Shown here in pieces: positions 28,564-41,451 of a stretch of 64,000 nt of DNA; the stretch's first letter is position 1; the number at the start of each line of letters is the position of its first letter. The DNA comes from Eledone cirrhosa (taxonomy: Eukaryota), in assembly GCA_964016885.1 (NCBI GenBank), contig OZ024753.1:28644001-28708000 (forward strand), in the 5' to 3' direction. A program made the position numbers and the translations under genes. Below the pieces are notes generated by a model that saw only the letters and a program-made list of their open reading frames with translations, was not told the DNA's origin and did no database searches.

Positions 28564-28730
28564 TTTATTATAAATTAAAAATTTTTTTAAAATTTATAAT
28601 AAATTGGAGTGAAAGCAACTGGTGCGTGTGTTTCTTATTGGCAACATGACCCTCCCAAAGTATAACAATATCGGTTTCAACATACGTTTTCAGATAAAGA
28701 ATCTTGCTAAACAAATTCAGAAACGAAATA
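28564..28730 (+). mobile_element. Penelope pLTR distal fragment with putative ORF start
   Basis: Near-identical to about 49635-49782, including ATGACCCTCCCAAAGTATAAC. Ends in (TA)n at the same position. Confidence 0.75.
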
Positions 28731-28932
28731 TATATATATATATATTTAATACAATAACAGAGATAGTTCAAAGCTAAACTCCGACTGGTAACCATGTCAC
28801 TCAACAAACATTAGGTTATATTTAAATATAAACCCAATTTAAGTGTTTGGGGTGCTAACAATATGTATAATGTGGAAAAACCAGTTGTATTATTTTATGA
28901 GATATAATTAAAGTCAAAGTATATCTCTCTCT

Positions 28933-29057
28933 TTCCAAACAATTGTTTCATTATAAGTTTTCTACAAGTTGGGAGAATGTTTCCAGTTTATGTAGAAGCC
29001 TAATATATATTCATGTAAGAATATATTTAGGTGGGCACTTATAAATCATCAGTGGAA
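28933..29057 (-). ncRNA. Hammerhead ribozyme motif with branched stem II (GUU site)
   Basis: Minus strand: TTCCA-CTGATGA-t-TTATAAG[two internal hairpins]CTTATAA-t-GAAAC AATT GTT^TGGAA. Confidence 0.65.
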
Positions 29058-29264
29058 GCCCGTTAAACGTTGATATAAGAAAATAATTTCTTATATATAT
29101 ATATATATATAAAAATTGATTTTCATTCAGTCCAGAATTAGCCGTCGAAACGGCTTCAGCTCAGCCGTCGGGGTCCTACTCGTTCCTATTACCCACTCTA
29201 CTACCCTAAGTATTGAGTACTTTGGTGCGTTATGGTTCACCTGGTTCCTTACCACATTTCCTCC

Positions 29265-29304
<40 letters not shown>

Positions 29305-29790
29305 GTATATATTTACATCTACGTATCTAATCATAGATATTCATTCATAACACATACATATATATATTTATATATATAATATATATATACATAAACACAT
29401 TCATCTATGCACACATGTATACAGACATGCACAAGACATGGTCATATGGGCATAAATATTCCCTTCACACATAAAACCAACTGACTAGAGAATGATTTTA
29501 TTCATAAAAACCAACATAATTTGTTACAAATTTCATTGAAATGCATTAGAACATTAATAGGATGTATTCCTCACACACCCTCATACACCCTCATGGGTGT
29601 TTTTCCATTTTTATCTTCCCCATAGTCACCCTACACTCATATTCTATAGAATCTGTATCTTCTTAGGAAAAGGTATAAGAATCGATTATGGGAAAACAAT
29701 AGATTTTAATAAATATTTGTACATCTGTTATTTCGCAGTGGCAGTCATATTCAGACCGTTTTCAAGAATTAATATATAGATGTGAGTGTG

Positions 29791-29828
<38 letters not shown>

Positions 29829-29940
29829 GGTATGTGTGTGTGTGTGTCTGTGGGTATGTGTGTGTGTGTCTGTGTGTGTCTGTATGTGTGTGTGTGTGCA
29901 GCTATGTATGTGTATGCGACTGTGTGTGTGTGGCAGTGAA

Positions 29941-29971
<31 letters not shown>

Positions 29972-30395
29972 GTGCAGCTATGTATGTGTATGCGGCTGTG
30001 TGTGTGGTAGTGAATGTGTGTGTGTTTGTGTGTGTGTGTATGTGTGTGTGTATGTGTGTGTGTATGTGTGTGTGTGCATCATCATTAGTAGCTGCATTTT
30101 ACATATACATACACAGATTCTTTTGTTATAGGGAATTTATTTCTGTAAAACAATACACATACATCTACTTACGTGTATATATATAGATTTTTTTGCAATC
30201 ATATACATATATATATATGTATATATACATGTATATATATGTCTATATACATATATATATATATATATGTATATATAGAGACATATACAGATCCATATAT
30301 AAATGTGTATATCTATTAATAATTACAAACATATATATGCACAATAGAAAAAAAAACATTTATATAATCTAAACCTGATGCTTAAAAAAGAGCCT

Positions 30396-30466
<71 letters not shown>

Positions 30467-30499
30467 GTATATATATAAATGTATATGTATGTTTATATG

Positions 30500-30534
<35 letters not shown>

Positions 30535-31116
30535 TCGTCATCATATATATATATGTATGTATGTACATAATTGTAATATATATATATGCATATACACACT
30601 CACATACATATATATATACTATATACATACACATATATTTTCTTCTGATAACATGGCTCTACGTGCTACTCTCTCTTCTCCTTAATCTCTAAGAAGCAAA
30701 TTGTTTTCCAGGTTATTTTTCCCCCACTATTTACTGTTGTGGTTTTGTGTGTAGGTGTGGAGGAACTTCCAATTGTTTTGCTTTTTCTCTCCTCTATGCC
30801 ACTGTTGTAATGTTCTCAAATGGAATCTATCTCTTGCTGTAAGCTTTTACATTCTGCCATCTAATAAGATTGTAGAAAATCCGTTTTGCTTGAGAATTAC
30901 TATATATTCTTGTAGGAAAAATAGAACTACTTAGGTCAGCTATTGATAAAAATCAAGTTAATTCATATATATATATACACACACATATTTATATATGAGT
31001 CCCAAGTTCAATCGGGGGTAACAACAGTAAGGAAGGTACTCAATACATTAGTTGAGTGTAAAGAACAAATGTGATATAGAAATGGCTTCTACAGGACTAG
31101 AACTGTTTCATGAGAG

Positions 31117-31149
<33 letters not shown>

Positions 31150-31328
31150 TATAACAAATATTTATTTTAAGTTTTATTTATCTAAACTTTTGTTTTTACT
31201 TATTAGTTATTAGTCTGATGTTGATTTGTGTATACATAAGGTAAGTAGTTAACCCTTCTATGAGAACTAAGTAGATTAATGTATTGGGTCCACTATTTTG
31301 TGGCTTTAAAGAAGAACAAAACTGATCC

Positions 31329-31364
<36 letters not shown>

Positions 31365-31366
<2 letters not shown>

Positions 31367-31700
31367 AGGCGCATGGTTTAGTGGTTAGAGCATCGGGCTT
31401 ACAATCGTGAGGTTGGGAATTTGATTCTCGGACCAGGCTTTGAATTCTGTTCTTGAGCAAAACACTTTATTTCACATTGCTCCAGCTTACTCAGTTGTAG
31501 AAAAGAGTTGCAGCATCACTGGTGCCAAGCTGTATCAGCCTTTGCCTTTCCCTTGGACACCATCAGTGACATGGAAAGGGGAGACTGGTATGCATGGGTG
31601 ACTGCTGGTCTTCCACAAACAACCTTGCCCGGACTTGTGCCTTGGAGGGGAACTTTCTAGGTGTAAATCCTATGGTCATTTGTGACCGAAAGGGGTCTTT
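31365..31700 (+). mobile_element. tRNA-derived SINE, A-like head and core with a different tail
   Basis: GAAGGCGCATGGTTTAGTGGTTAGAGC..TTCTTGAGCAAAACACTTTATTTCACATTGCTCCAG. Confidence 0.75.
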
Positions 31701-32211
31701 ACCAGTTTTTTGTTTTGTATTTTCTCAAACTAAATCCTTTGAAGGCAATGCACTAACAAGGCCACTGTTCAATGACTGGTATCAGTAAAAGAATAAAACC
31801 ATAAAAGAATAGTAGAAACATGTGACACACCTGACCAAATGATAGAGTGTATCTGAGTACACTGATAGACTAACTAGTTTGACCAGTTTGACAAACAGGT
31901 TTCTGCACTACCATGTCTTGTTGCCAGATCATTATTTTGGACAATTGTTAAAAAGATCAAAGTCAAAATCAACATAGATATTAACTGAACCACAATGACT
32001 GCTGCTGATGCTGTTGGTCAACATAGTTATTAATTGAACCACAATGACTGCTGCTGATGATTAACATAGTTATTAACTGAACCACAATGCCTGCAGCTGT
32101 CGGGTCAGGTGACTGTGTCTTGCTCACACAGAACTGTTTCTGGCTTGGTTTCTACACCTGGTTGGTTGCCGTTCCTAACACCAACCTCATTTACAGTGTG
32201 GGCTGGGTGCT

Positions 32212-32274
<63 letters not shown>

Positions 32275-32525
32275 AAGATGAATATAAATATATATATATT
32301 TATATATATATTTTTATATACATAAATATACATAGGCGTTTTGCCCAATATAGGTCTGTTATTTTTCTTAATTTAATATTTAAAGTTAAGGATAACAAAC
32401 CATATTGCTGTAGTTAGTATTTTTTCACCCTAGCAAATTTTAGTCCTTACGATTCGAACACATGTATGTTTATATTAGTGTTCATCTCTCTTGTTTATTC
32501 AATTATATATATATATTTATATATT

Positions 32526-32556
<31 letters not shown>

Positions 32557-33004
32557 ATTTATATATATATATATTTATATATATATATATTTATATATAT
32601 ATATATTTAAGAGTATCAAACTAGACAAACTGAGTGTGTGCTAGTATGTGGAACTTTTCTGCTCGCTCAATGAATTCACAGGACTTCCGAAGCACCATAT
32701 ATATATATATAAAACCATAAAAGAATAGTAGAAACATGTGACACATCTGAGTACACTGATAGACTGACCATATTTATGTATATATATATATATAAAGTCT
32801 AAAGTCTGTCTTAAGCCAGAAGGCTCATTTGGCCCGTACTTATCCCGACTGAGAGTACAAGACTTCCCCTGTCCATTGCAGGTTGCAACCCCAGCTATTT
32901 CTGGTATTCATTTTCAGCTGAGTATACTGGAACAACACACACACGCACGCATGCACACATGCATGCATGCACACATGCACGCACGCATGCACGCACACAC
33001 ACAC

Positions 33005-33061
<57 letters not shown>

Positions 33062-33133
33062 CCGATCAGTCACTGTATATTTTAGAAAATAGCATATATT
33101 CTCACCAGCTCTGACAGTTGGCAGGTGAACAGT

Positions 33134-33184
33134 GAGCTGTAACTGATGAAGGATGATACCCAGAAACATTAGTGTCTGCAGTTC
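33134..33184 (+). ncRNA. Type I hammerhead ribozyme motif (GUC site after 33176)
   Basis: GAGCTGTA-a-CTGATGA-aGG atgatac CCa-GAAAC ATTAGT GTC^TGCAGTTC. Stem I is 8 bp, stem II is weak. The cassette 33060-33312 is flanked by (TA)n and has an ATG downstream. Confidence 0.65.
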
Positions 33185-33324
33185 TGTTTACATGCCAACA
33201 TAAGAGCAAGAATGAAGGGTTCATTTTACAGACATGGCTTTAAAATTGAGGCTTGTTTGGACAATTGCAAACGAATTGAATGTTATTATTAATATTCGAA
33301 AAACTCAGATTACATATATATATA

Positions 33325-33965
33325 TATCATCATCATCATCATCGTTTAACGTCCATATTCTTGCATGGGTTTGGACGCTTGCATGGGTTTGGACGGGAGT
33401 TTTCCCACTTGAGGCAAGAGTGGTTGTCTTGCTCGCATAGGACTGTCTGGCGAGTTTTCTACGGCAGGATGCCCTTCCTAACACCAACCACATTTACAGT
33501 GTGGGTCTGGGAGGTTGTTACCGTGTTACCTACACGGCCACATTACATTGTGGACTGTGTGTTTTTTTGTCGTGACACCTACACGACCTCATTTGTTTCG
33601 GGCTGGATGTTGTGGTACCAACATAACTTTACATTGAAAGGGGTGGTGTGGATGGGGTGGGGGTAGTGGGACGGGGGTGTATTTTGTTAGAGGTGCCTAC
33701 TGACTGTAGTAGGTTTCACTTTGCACTTAGGTAAGGCGGGTCTTCTCTATTATTGTGTAGCGCCAAATATCTCGGTCCAGTGACATTGTCTCAGAGAGGT
33801 CTAAGTGTGTGAGGTCGGAATTTATCAAGTCGTCCCAGGTTTTTCTGGGTCTGCCTACTCCATGGCTACCGTCTATTTTTATTGCCCTGCACTTTTTTAT
33901 ACAGCTGTCGTCTTTCATGCGCATCACGTGACCTTACCAATGTAGTCTTCTCTCGAGTAAACAAA
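33325..33965 (-). mobile_element. RTE LINE 3' fragment with long 3' UTR and SINE-like tail
   Basis: MKDDSCIKKCRAIKIDGSHGVGRPRKTW. Near-identical to 45238-45865. Confidence 0.85.
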
Positions 33966-34309
33966 CAAGGTATCGTTTAAGGGCAATCCAGCTAGAGGTT
34001 ATGAGTACTCTGTATCGAGGATAGTTTTAACATACAGCGTTGTTTGACTCAACAAGAAGTTTCCTTAGTCAGGTGGCTGGTTTAAGAAAGTTCCTAGGCT
34101 GGCAGTTCTTGGAGTAATAATAGTAAAAGAATGAAGAATAACATGGTCGGCTGTACAATAGGGTTTATTTACACCGGACTAATGAAACAATTGTTAATAC
34201 TTTAAATAAACCCTATTGTACAGCTAACCATGTTGTTCTTCATTCTTTTGCTATATATAAATATATATATATATGAAAAGTGTAATTTTCTACACAAAAC
34301 GAAGGTTAT

Positions 34310-34669
34310 AGAGAAAATTGAGGTTGGTAATGGCACATGGAATATATAAGAGACAGAATACTTTTTTGTGAAAAAACATATAATTTTATAAGGAAATAAT
34401 AAAGGGTATAAAAAATGACCGGTTTCGATGGGTCTGCAAAAGCCATCTTTTCAAATGTTGATTAATATTAAGAAAAATTAATAATAAGAAGAGTTAATTT
34501 TTCTTAATATTAATCAACATTTGAAAAGATGGCTTTTGCAGACCCATCGAAACCGGTCAATTTTTATACCCTTTATTATTTCCTTACCTTATAAAATTAT
34601 ATGTTTTTCACAAAAAAGTATTCTGTCTCTTATATATTCCATGTGCCATTACCAACCTCAATTTTCTCT
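34310..34669. repeat. Fold-back element, arms 34310-34481 / 34494-34669, with a hammerhead motif in each arm
   Basis: Inverted arms of about 172 bp with a 12-bp spacer. Each arm has TTGAAAA-GATGG..CCATC-GAAAC CG GTC. Confidence 0.88.
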
Positions 34670-35187
34670 CTCTATATATATATATATATAAATAAAGATT
34701 CAGCGAGAATCGTATTTTCGGCGGGCAGGAAAAGCAAAGCAAAACGCAAAAATCAGAAATGATACTGGCAAAGTGCTCAATAGTTAAAAACCAGAGCTAA
34801 ACAATGTGTTAAGAAGCCATACAAAACTGAAAAGGTGGTCAAGAAAGCATTAACCACCCAAGCCAAAAACTAAATCAAGCTAAACAGGTCAAAACAAAAT
34901 AAATGATAAAAAATAAGATATATCATCATCATCATCATCATCATTTTACGTCCGCTTTTCCCTGCTTGTATATATGTGTATATGTATATATATATATATA
35001 TATAACAAAGGAGTTGTGGCAAGGAACCAGATGGACCATAATGCACCAGAGTACTCAATACTTAGGGTAGTAGAGTGGGTAGTAGGAGAAAGTATGACCC
35101 CGACGGCAGAGCTCAAGCCGTTTCGACGGCTATTTCTGGACTAATAGCCATCAAAACGGGCCATGCTTTCTCCTATAAATACATATA

Positions 35188-35226
<39 letters not shown>

Positions 35227-36409
35227 TTATGTGTGTGCGTGTATGTATTACATTAAGAATATATGTATATGTGGAGTACACAGCTACTAACATTATAGTA
35301 ATTCAATAAATAGCTAGTTCAATGAATCGATCATCTGAAATCCTCACCACTGGTGTTGATGTTGTTACATTCAATGTCTTTAAATAATGTTACTAATGTT
35401 TTGGTATGAGTAGCATTGGTGTTACTAATGATATGATAGTGGCTGTCTGGAGAATACTTCGGATCTTAGTACAGTGCTGGTAGTGGTGGCGGTGCTGTTG
35501 CTATTGCTGGTGTCGCCAGTGCTTGTAGTGGTTGTGTTGTTGTTAGGGTGGTGGTGATGTTGTTGTTGGTGGTGGCGGTAGTGCCACTACCGCCACCAGC
35601 ACCAATACCACCACCAGAGGGGCACATTCTTCCGCTATATCTCTTTCTCACTTCCTCTCTATCACTCTCACTCTCTTTTTTTTAAAAGAAATCTCTTGTG
35701 TTCAGACCTAGAGAGGAGATGGGCTCTGCCAGGTTTTAAAAATGCCATATGTCACTACAGTGCCACTATGTCCCCACGAGGAGTTACAGGTCCATACATA
35801 GGGTCTTTCGCCAACAAATTGTTAGAATGTTGGATAGAATGCTTTATGGTATTTGTTCTGACTCTCTACTCCCTGAGTTCAGATCCTGCCGAGGTCAGCT
35901 TTGCTTTTCATCCTTTCAGGGTCGATAAAAAAAGTACCAGTCTAGTACTGGGGTCAATTCTTCCTCTCTCTGAAATAAATCTGCTGTACTCAGGCCTGGA
36001 GAGGGATAGGCTCTGCCAGGCTTAAAAATGCCCAAGAAATGCTTATGTCAATACAGCCCCACTATGACTATCAGGAGTTACGGGACCATACATACATGAT
36101 GGCTGCCCCCTCGTTATCGAGTATGGCCATTGCACGATATACTATTATTAATAATTATTAATTAATTCTATCGTGCAATGCCTGTGCGTGAAGATATTTT
36201 TTAAAGTGAGGAAAGACTGTGCACTGAGCCAATCCCACTCTCTGAGCGACAGTAGCTATAACCAGAAAAGAAGAAAAGATCAGCAACATCGGTAACTACT
36301 GAGCCACAGGTTTTATATTGGAGTTATCCCAGTTTCCTGAGTTGCTCTCTCCTAGAAGAATGCCCTGACATACTTACATACACACTTACATACATACATA
36401 CATACACAC

Positions 36410-36798
36410 ACTGAAAACGTGTTCTGTTGTGGAGATCAGCTGCCCACTTGATGTAAACGTTGTCAGAAAAATACAGGAGAAGGAGGACATCTACGGACCA
36501 TTGATGAGGAGTTTACAAATCCAGTATCCAAGATACACCTTTGGCTTCATACCCATCATTATTGGAGCTATGGGTTATATACCAACCCGCTTGGACCAAC
36601 GTATGACTGAACTTGGATTTGCGGACAAAGAGCGCAGCTCCCTAATTCATAGTCTACAAATGGCTGTGATAGCTGGCACCTTCAAAATTTGCAAAATATT
36701 CTTGCGATTCAAGGGATTACAATTTCTTTTCTTTTACAACCTTGCCACCAGGAAGGTGGCCGGTCAAAAATATACTCGAAATTAAGAGAAAGAGAGAA
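36410..36798 (+). mobile_element. 5'-truncated RLE-type non-LTR retrotransposon 3' end in (CATA)n
   Basis: VVEISCPLDVNV..KIQEKEDIYGPL..FIPIIIGAMG resembles the C-terminal part of a restriction-like endonuclease. (CATA)n on both sides. Confidence 0.7.
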
Positions 36799-37309
36799 CA
36801 TACATACTTACACACATACATACATACATACATACTTACATACACACATACATAGGGTCTAGAAACTGAACAGTTTCAGGTGATTTGGCATCATAAGGGT
36901 TAAAGTAGTGATTTCTACTGAATTGAATTCCCCATTTTCTGCTATGATGCCAACACTAATATCTGTATTACCATTCCTACACATCCCTAACTCCCTCCAA
37001 CCCTCCTCATAGCCCCACCCATCAACCCAACATCTCTCCACCTACCCATCCACCCATCCCTCCATCTAACTATCCCATCTAACCTACCACTGTTGATCTG
37101 ATCGATCTGCCTGTTGTCCTAGTTTTCTTTTGGGAACCAAGGAGGTGGATATTTTAGTAGTAGTAGTTGTAGTGGTTGTAGTGGTAGTGGTGGTGGTGGT
37201 GGTGATAGTAGTAGTGGTGGTAGTGGTGGTGATAGTAGTAGTGGTGGTGGTGGTGATAGTAGTGGTGATGGTGGTGGTGGTTGTAGTAGTTGTAGTAGTG
37301 GTGGTGGTT

Positions 37310-37343
<34 letters not shown>

Positions 37344-37839
37344 CAGCAGCAGAATTTTTTTTTCAGGGAAGTGGAGTGATATTTCTATGGTGTTAGCTAG
37401 TGTAAGTGGGGTGGGTGGGTGTATGAAGAGAGAGAGAGGGAAGAGAGAGAGAGAGAATTAATGGCAGAAGATTCTGTAAAGGAAATTTCTGACATGGTTT
37501 TTAGGATGGAATTATGGTTGATATATTTCCAGTTACTAGAAATGTGGTTGTTGTTGTTGCTGTTGCAGTGGTCATGGTGGTAGTGGTAGAGGATTGTGGT
37601 GGTGTTGGTGGTAGTGGCAGGGGATTGTTGTTGTGGTGGTGGTGGTGGTCTTAGTGACAATGGTGTTAGTGGTGATGATAGTGGCAAGGAATGGTGGTGG
37701 TGGTAGTGTTAGTGGTTTGGGTATTAGTATTGGTAGGGGTGGTGGTAGTGGCTATCGTGTTAGTTGTGGTGGTAGTGGTGGTGTGTATGTGTGCCACTGT
37801 CTGTAGTGAAGTTGTTATATATGAGTATAAGGGATAACT

Positions 37840-39633
37840 CCAATATAAAACCTGTGTCATTATGAGAGACTGATGAATGTGGAGAACAAATGGGAGAGAG
37901 AGAAATTACCCTTGGTAAATCCAACAGAGGGACCAACTATTGAGATTGACGAATATAGGGTCCAAGAGGCGATTAGGGAAATGAAAAATGGTAAGGCTGC
38001 CGGACCATCGGGAATAGTTGCTGAGATGCTGAAGGCATCAGGGGACGTAGGCACTAAACTGGTTGCACGCATCATCAATCAGGCTATATATGGTGGTGTC
38101 ATACCCAAAGACTGGTGCAGCAGTATTCTCATAAATTGCTACAAAGGTAAACGGGATGCTCTGGAGAGGAGCAATTATAGGGGTATAAAACTGATAGATC
38201 AGGTTATGAAAGTGGCAGAAAGGATATTAGCACAACTAATTAGAGAAAGGGTCAAACTAGATGAGATGCAGTTTGGTTTTGTGCCTGGGAAGAGTACAAC
38301 AGATGCCCTCTTCTTGGTGAGACAATTGCAAGAGAGGTCTTAGCGAAGAATAAGCCACTATACTTAGCCTTTGTTGACCTAGAGAAGGCCTTTGATAGGG
38401 TACCCCGATCTGTCATCTGGTGGTCCCTAAGGAAGCTAGGTGTTGAGGAATGGCTTGTGAGGACAGTGCAAACTTTGTACAGAGGTACTCTCAGTAAAGT
38501 CAGGGTAGGAATGGAGTTTAGTGAGGAGTTCCAGATACAAGTAGGAGTACATCAGGGTTCGGTCCTCAGCCCGCTCTTGTTCATTATAGTCCTCCAAGCC
38601 ATAACAGAGGAGTTTAAGACTGGCTGTCCATGGGAACTTCTCTATGCTGATGATCTGGTTCTTATAGCAGAATCAGTAGAGGAGCTAGAGAATAAATTCT
38701 GGCTATGGAAACAGCAGTTGGAAGCAAGAGGACTGAGAGTGAACCTAGCTAAGACAAAAGTGTTGATGAGTAGAAAAGAGGACAAAACCCTGATTCCGTC
38801 AGGGAAATGACCATGTTCGATATGTAGAAAAGGAACTGGCATAAATTCTATAAAATGCACACAATGCAGATCCTGGGTACACAAGAGATGTAGCGGGATA
38901 GCAGGCAAACTAACAGGTAGGGAGAAATATGTATGCAGTAGATGTACAGGGAAATTAGACAGTAGAAGTCGCATTGATAGACACATTTTTCAAATGCAGG
39001 AGGGTGCTATAGAAGTGGTGAATAGCTTCCGGTATCTAGGAGATCAGATTAGCATGGGAGGAGGGTGTTCCGAGGCCATAGTATCTAGAATAAGGACGGG
39101 TTGGAAGAAGTTTAGGGAGCTGCTTCCTCTGTTGACGAAGAAGGGTTTCTCCCTGCGTACGAAAGGCCGGTTATATGATGCCTGTGTGAGGAACGCGATG
39201 CTGCATGGTAGTGAGACATGGGCAACAACTGCAGAGGATATGCGACGGCTGGAGAGAAATGAGGCAAGCATGCTCCGTTGGATGTGCAGTGTAAATGTGC
39301 GTGAACGACCCAGCATAAATGTGTTGAGAGAGAAACTGTGTCTGAGAGGGATAGAATGCAGTGTACGGGAGAGGAGACTGAGGTGGTATGGACATGTGAT
39401 GCGCATGGAGGATGACCGATGGTTGAAGAAGTGTTAGGAAATGCCAGTTGAAGGAAGACGTGGTAGAGGTAGACCACGAAAAACATGGGCGGAGGTGATG
39501 AGAACAGACCTCAGATCATGGTGGAGATGATGAAGGACCGTGACGAGTGGAGAGATGCTGTGATGAATAAGACCCGTCCCACCCTTGCAAGCAGGGAAAA
39601 GTGGACGTAAAATGATGATGATGATGATGATGA
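37840..39633 (+). mobile_element. 5'-truncated RTE-clade LINE (RT pseudogene)
   Basis: MKNGKAAGPSG, NYRGIKL, QFGFVPGKSTTDA, HQGSVLSPLLF, LLYADDLVL, then thumb region. Has a frameshift and stops, a (GAT)n tail and TSD TATAAG(G)GATAACT at 37826-37839 / 39634-39646. Confidence 0.93.
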
Positions 39634-39809
39634 TATAAGGATAACTAAAGAAACCCCTCTACTCTGTATCAGTTCTTATTTGGAGTTACTGTCCCTTTCA
39701 AAGGATTGTTTCTGATGTCACTTCCAGCCTGTCTCTCTTCAATGTTCTGGCATTAACTAAATTGTTTTCAGTAAGAGTAAAGTGTCCTCTCTACACTGTA
39801 TGACATTAA

Positions 39810-40119
39810 CCCTTTAGCATTTAAACCAGCCATATCCAGCCCGAGTTCTCTCACCTCTTTCTGTTCAAACGGGCTGTAACTGGCCACTCATACTGATGTT
39901 AAGGTATTGTTCTCAAAATAAATAATATGAAATTCTCATAGATATGATATTATGTGAGATAATTATGTGAGGTAAAGTCTTTACTGTGAAAATACAACAG
40001 TACATATGTCATCATCATCATTTAATGTCTATCTTCGACGCTAGCATGGGTTAGACGGGAATTGTCCCACTTGAGGCAAGATTGATCGGTTGTCCGTGTC
40101 TCACAAGTAATGTAAAGGG
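39810..40119. mobile_element. piggyBac-type MITE interrupted by a SINE tail
   Basis: TTAA|CCCTTTAGC...AAAGGG|TTAA with a (CAT)n-tailed insert at about 40008-40105. Confidence 0.7.
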
Positions 40120-40194
40120 TTAAACTGCATCCAGTGACAAAGGAGTTAAGGAGCTGTGGGGAATGTGGAGTTACCCCTAGGTTGTTATCACTCC

Positions 40195-40471
40195 CAGTGA
40201 GTGCTGGGTGCTTTTTCTTTTTTGATGGTGCCTACACGTCCACTTTACAGTGTGGGCTGGGTGCTTTTTTGCCGTGGCACCTCCACGACCACTTTGCAGT
40301 GGAATGATAGGGACCCTAGTCCTATCATCTCATTTCTACAGCTGAGTAAACTGGAGCAATGGGAAATAAAGTTTCTTGCTTAAGGACACAACACATCACC
40401 CGGTCTGAGAATTGAACTCACAACCTTTCGATTGCAAGGTTAATGCTCTAACCACTAAGTCATGTGCCTCC
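40195..40471 (-). mobile_element. SINE family A, partial
   Basis: Homology to 3289-3613. Confidence 0.8.
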
Positions 40472-40954
40472 ATATATTGAGAGGAATCTTTAGTCTGACT
40501 GAGCATATGACAAACTCTACTCTCTAGTTTTGATGCCACTCTAAAATGTACCCAGTTCACTCTGTAAATTGGTAATGTTGACACCATGAAGAAATACACT
40601 CAGTACATTCTATAAGGTGGTCAGCATTAGGTAGGAGATCGAAGTGTAGAAACTATGCCAAATATTGGAATGCATGAGCAGGATAAGGTCACTCTGAACT
40701 ATACCAGAGTGGAAAGCAAATGTAAAATGATGATGATATGTGTGTGTGTTTGTGTGTGTTTGTGCGTGTGTGTTTGTGTGTGTGTTTGTATTTATGAATT
40801 GTGTATGCATGTGTATATATATAAATTTATATGTGTATGTATGCATATATAAATGTGTGTGTGTATGTATATGTGCATATATACATACACACACACATAT
40901 ATATATATATATATTATACAGATAGATAGATAGATATTTAATAATTATATAATA

Positions 40955-41001
<47 letters not shown>

Positions 41002-41393
41002 GTGTATGTATAGCTGGGAGTAGCTTTGCAATCGTTGTACTTATAATGGCATGCATGTTGGACAATAACTTCCTTTGTAATTATAATTTAACCAATTAAA
41101 ATCAACTAATTACTATTTCCATTAAATCATTTTGATTTCATAGTTTTTTTCTTTTTTGTAATTTATTCACTTCTTTTCTCCCCCACCATTGCTATATACG
41201 TGTGTGTATGTGTGTATATGTGTATGTGTGAGTGTATATGTGTGTATATGTGTATGTGTATGTGTGTATGTCTATATATGTATGTGTGTATATATATATA
41301 TATGTGTGCATGTGCGTGTGTCTGTGTGTGTGTCTATGCATATATTTGTTTAGCTTTGAAGCTGAAGTGTTTTTTTCTTTGTGTGTGTGTGTA

Positions 41394-41451
<58 letters not shown>

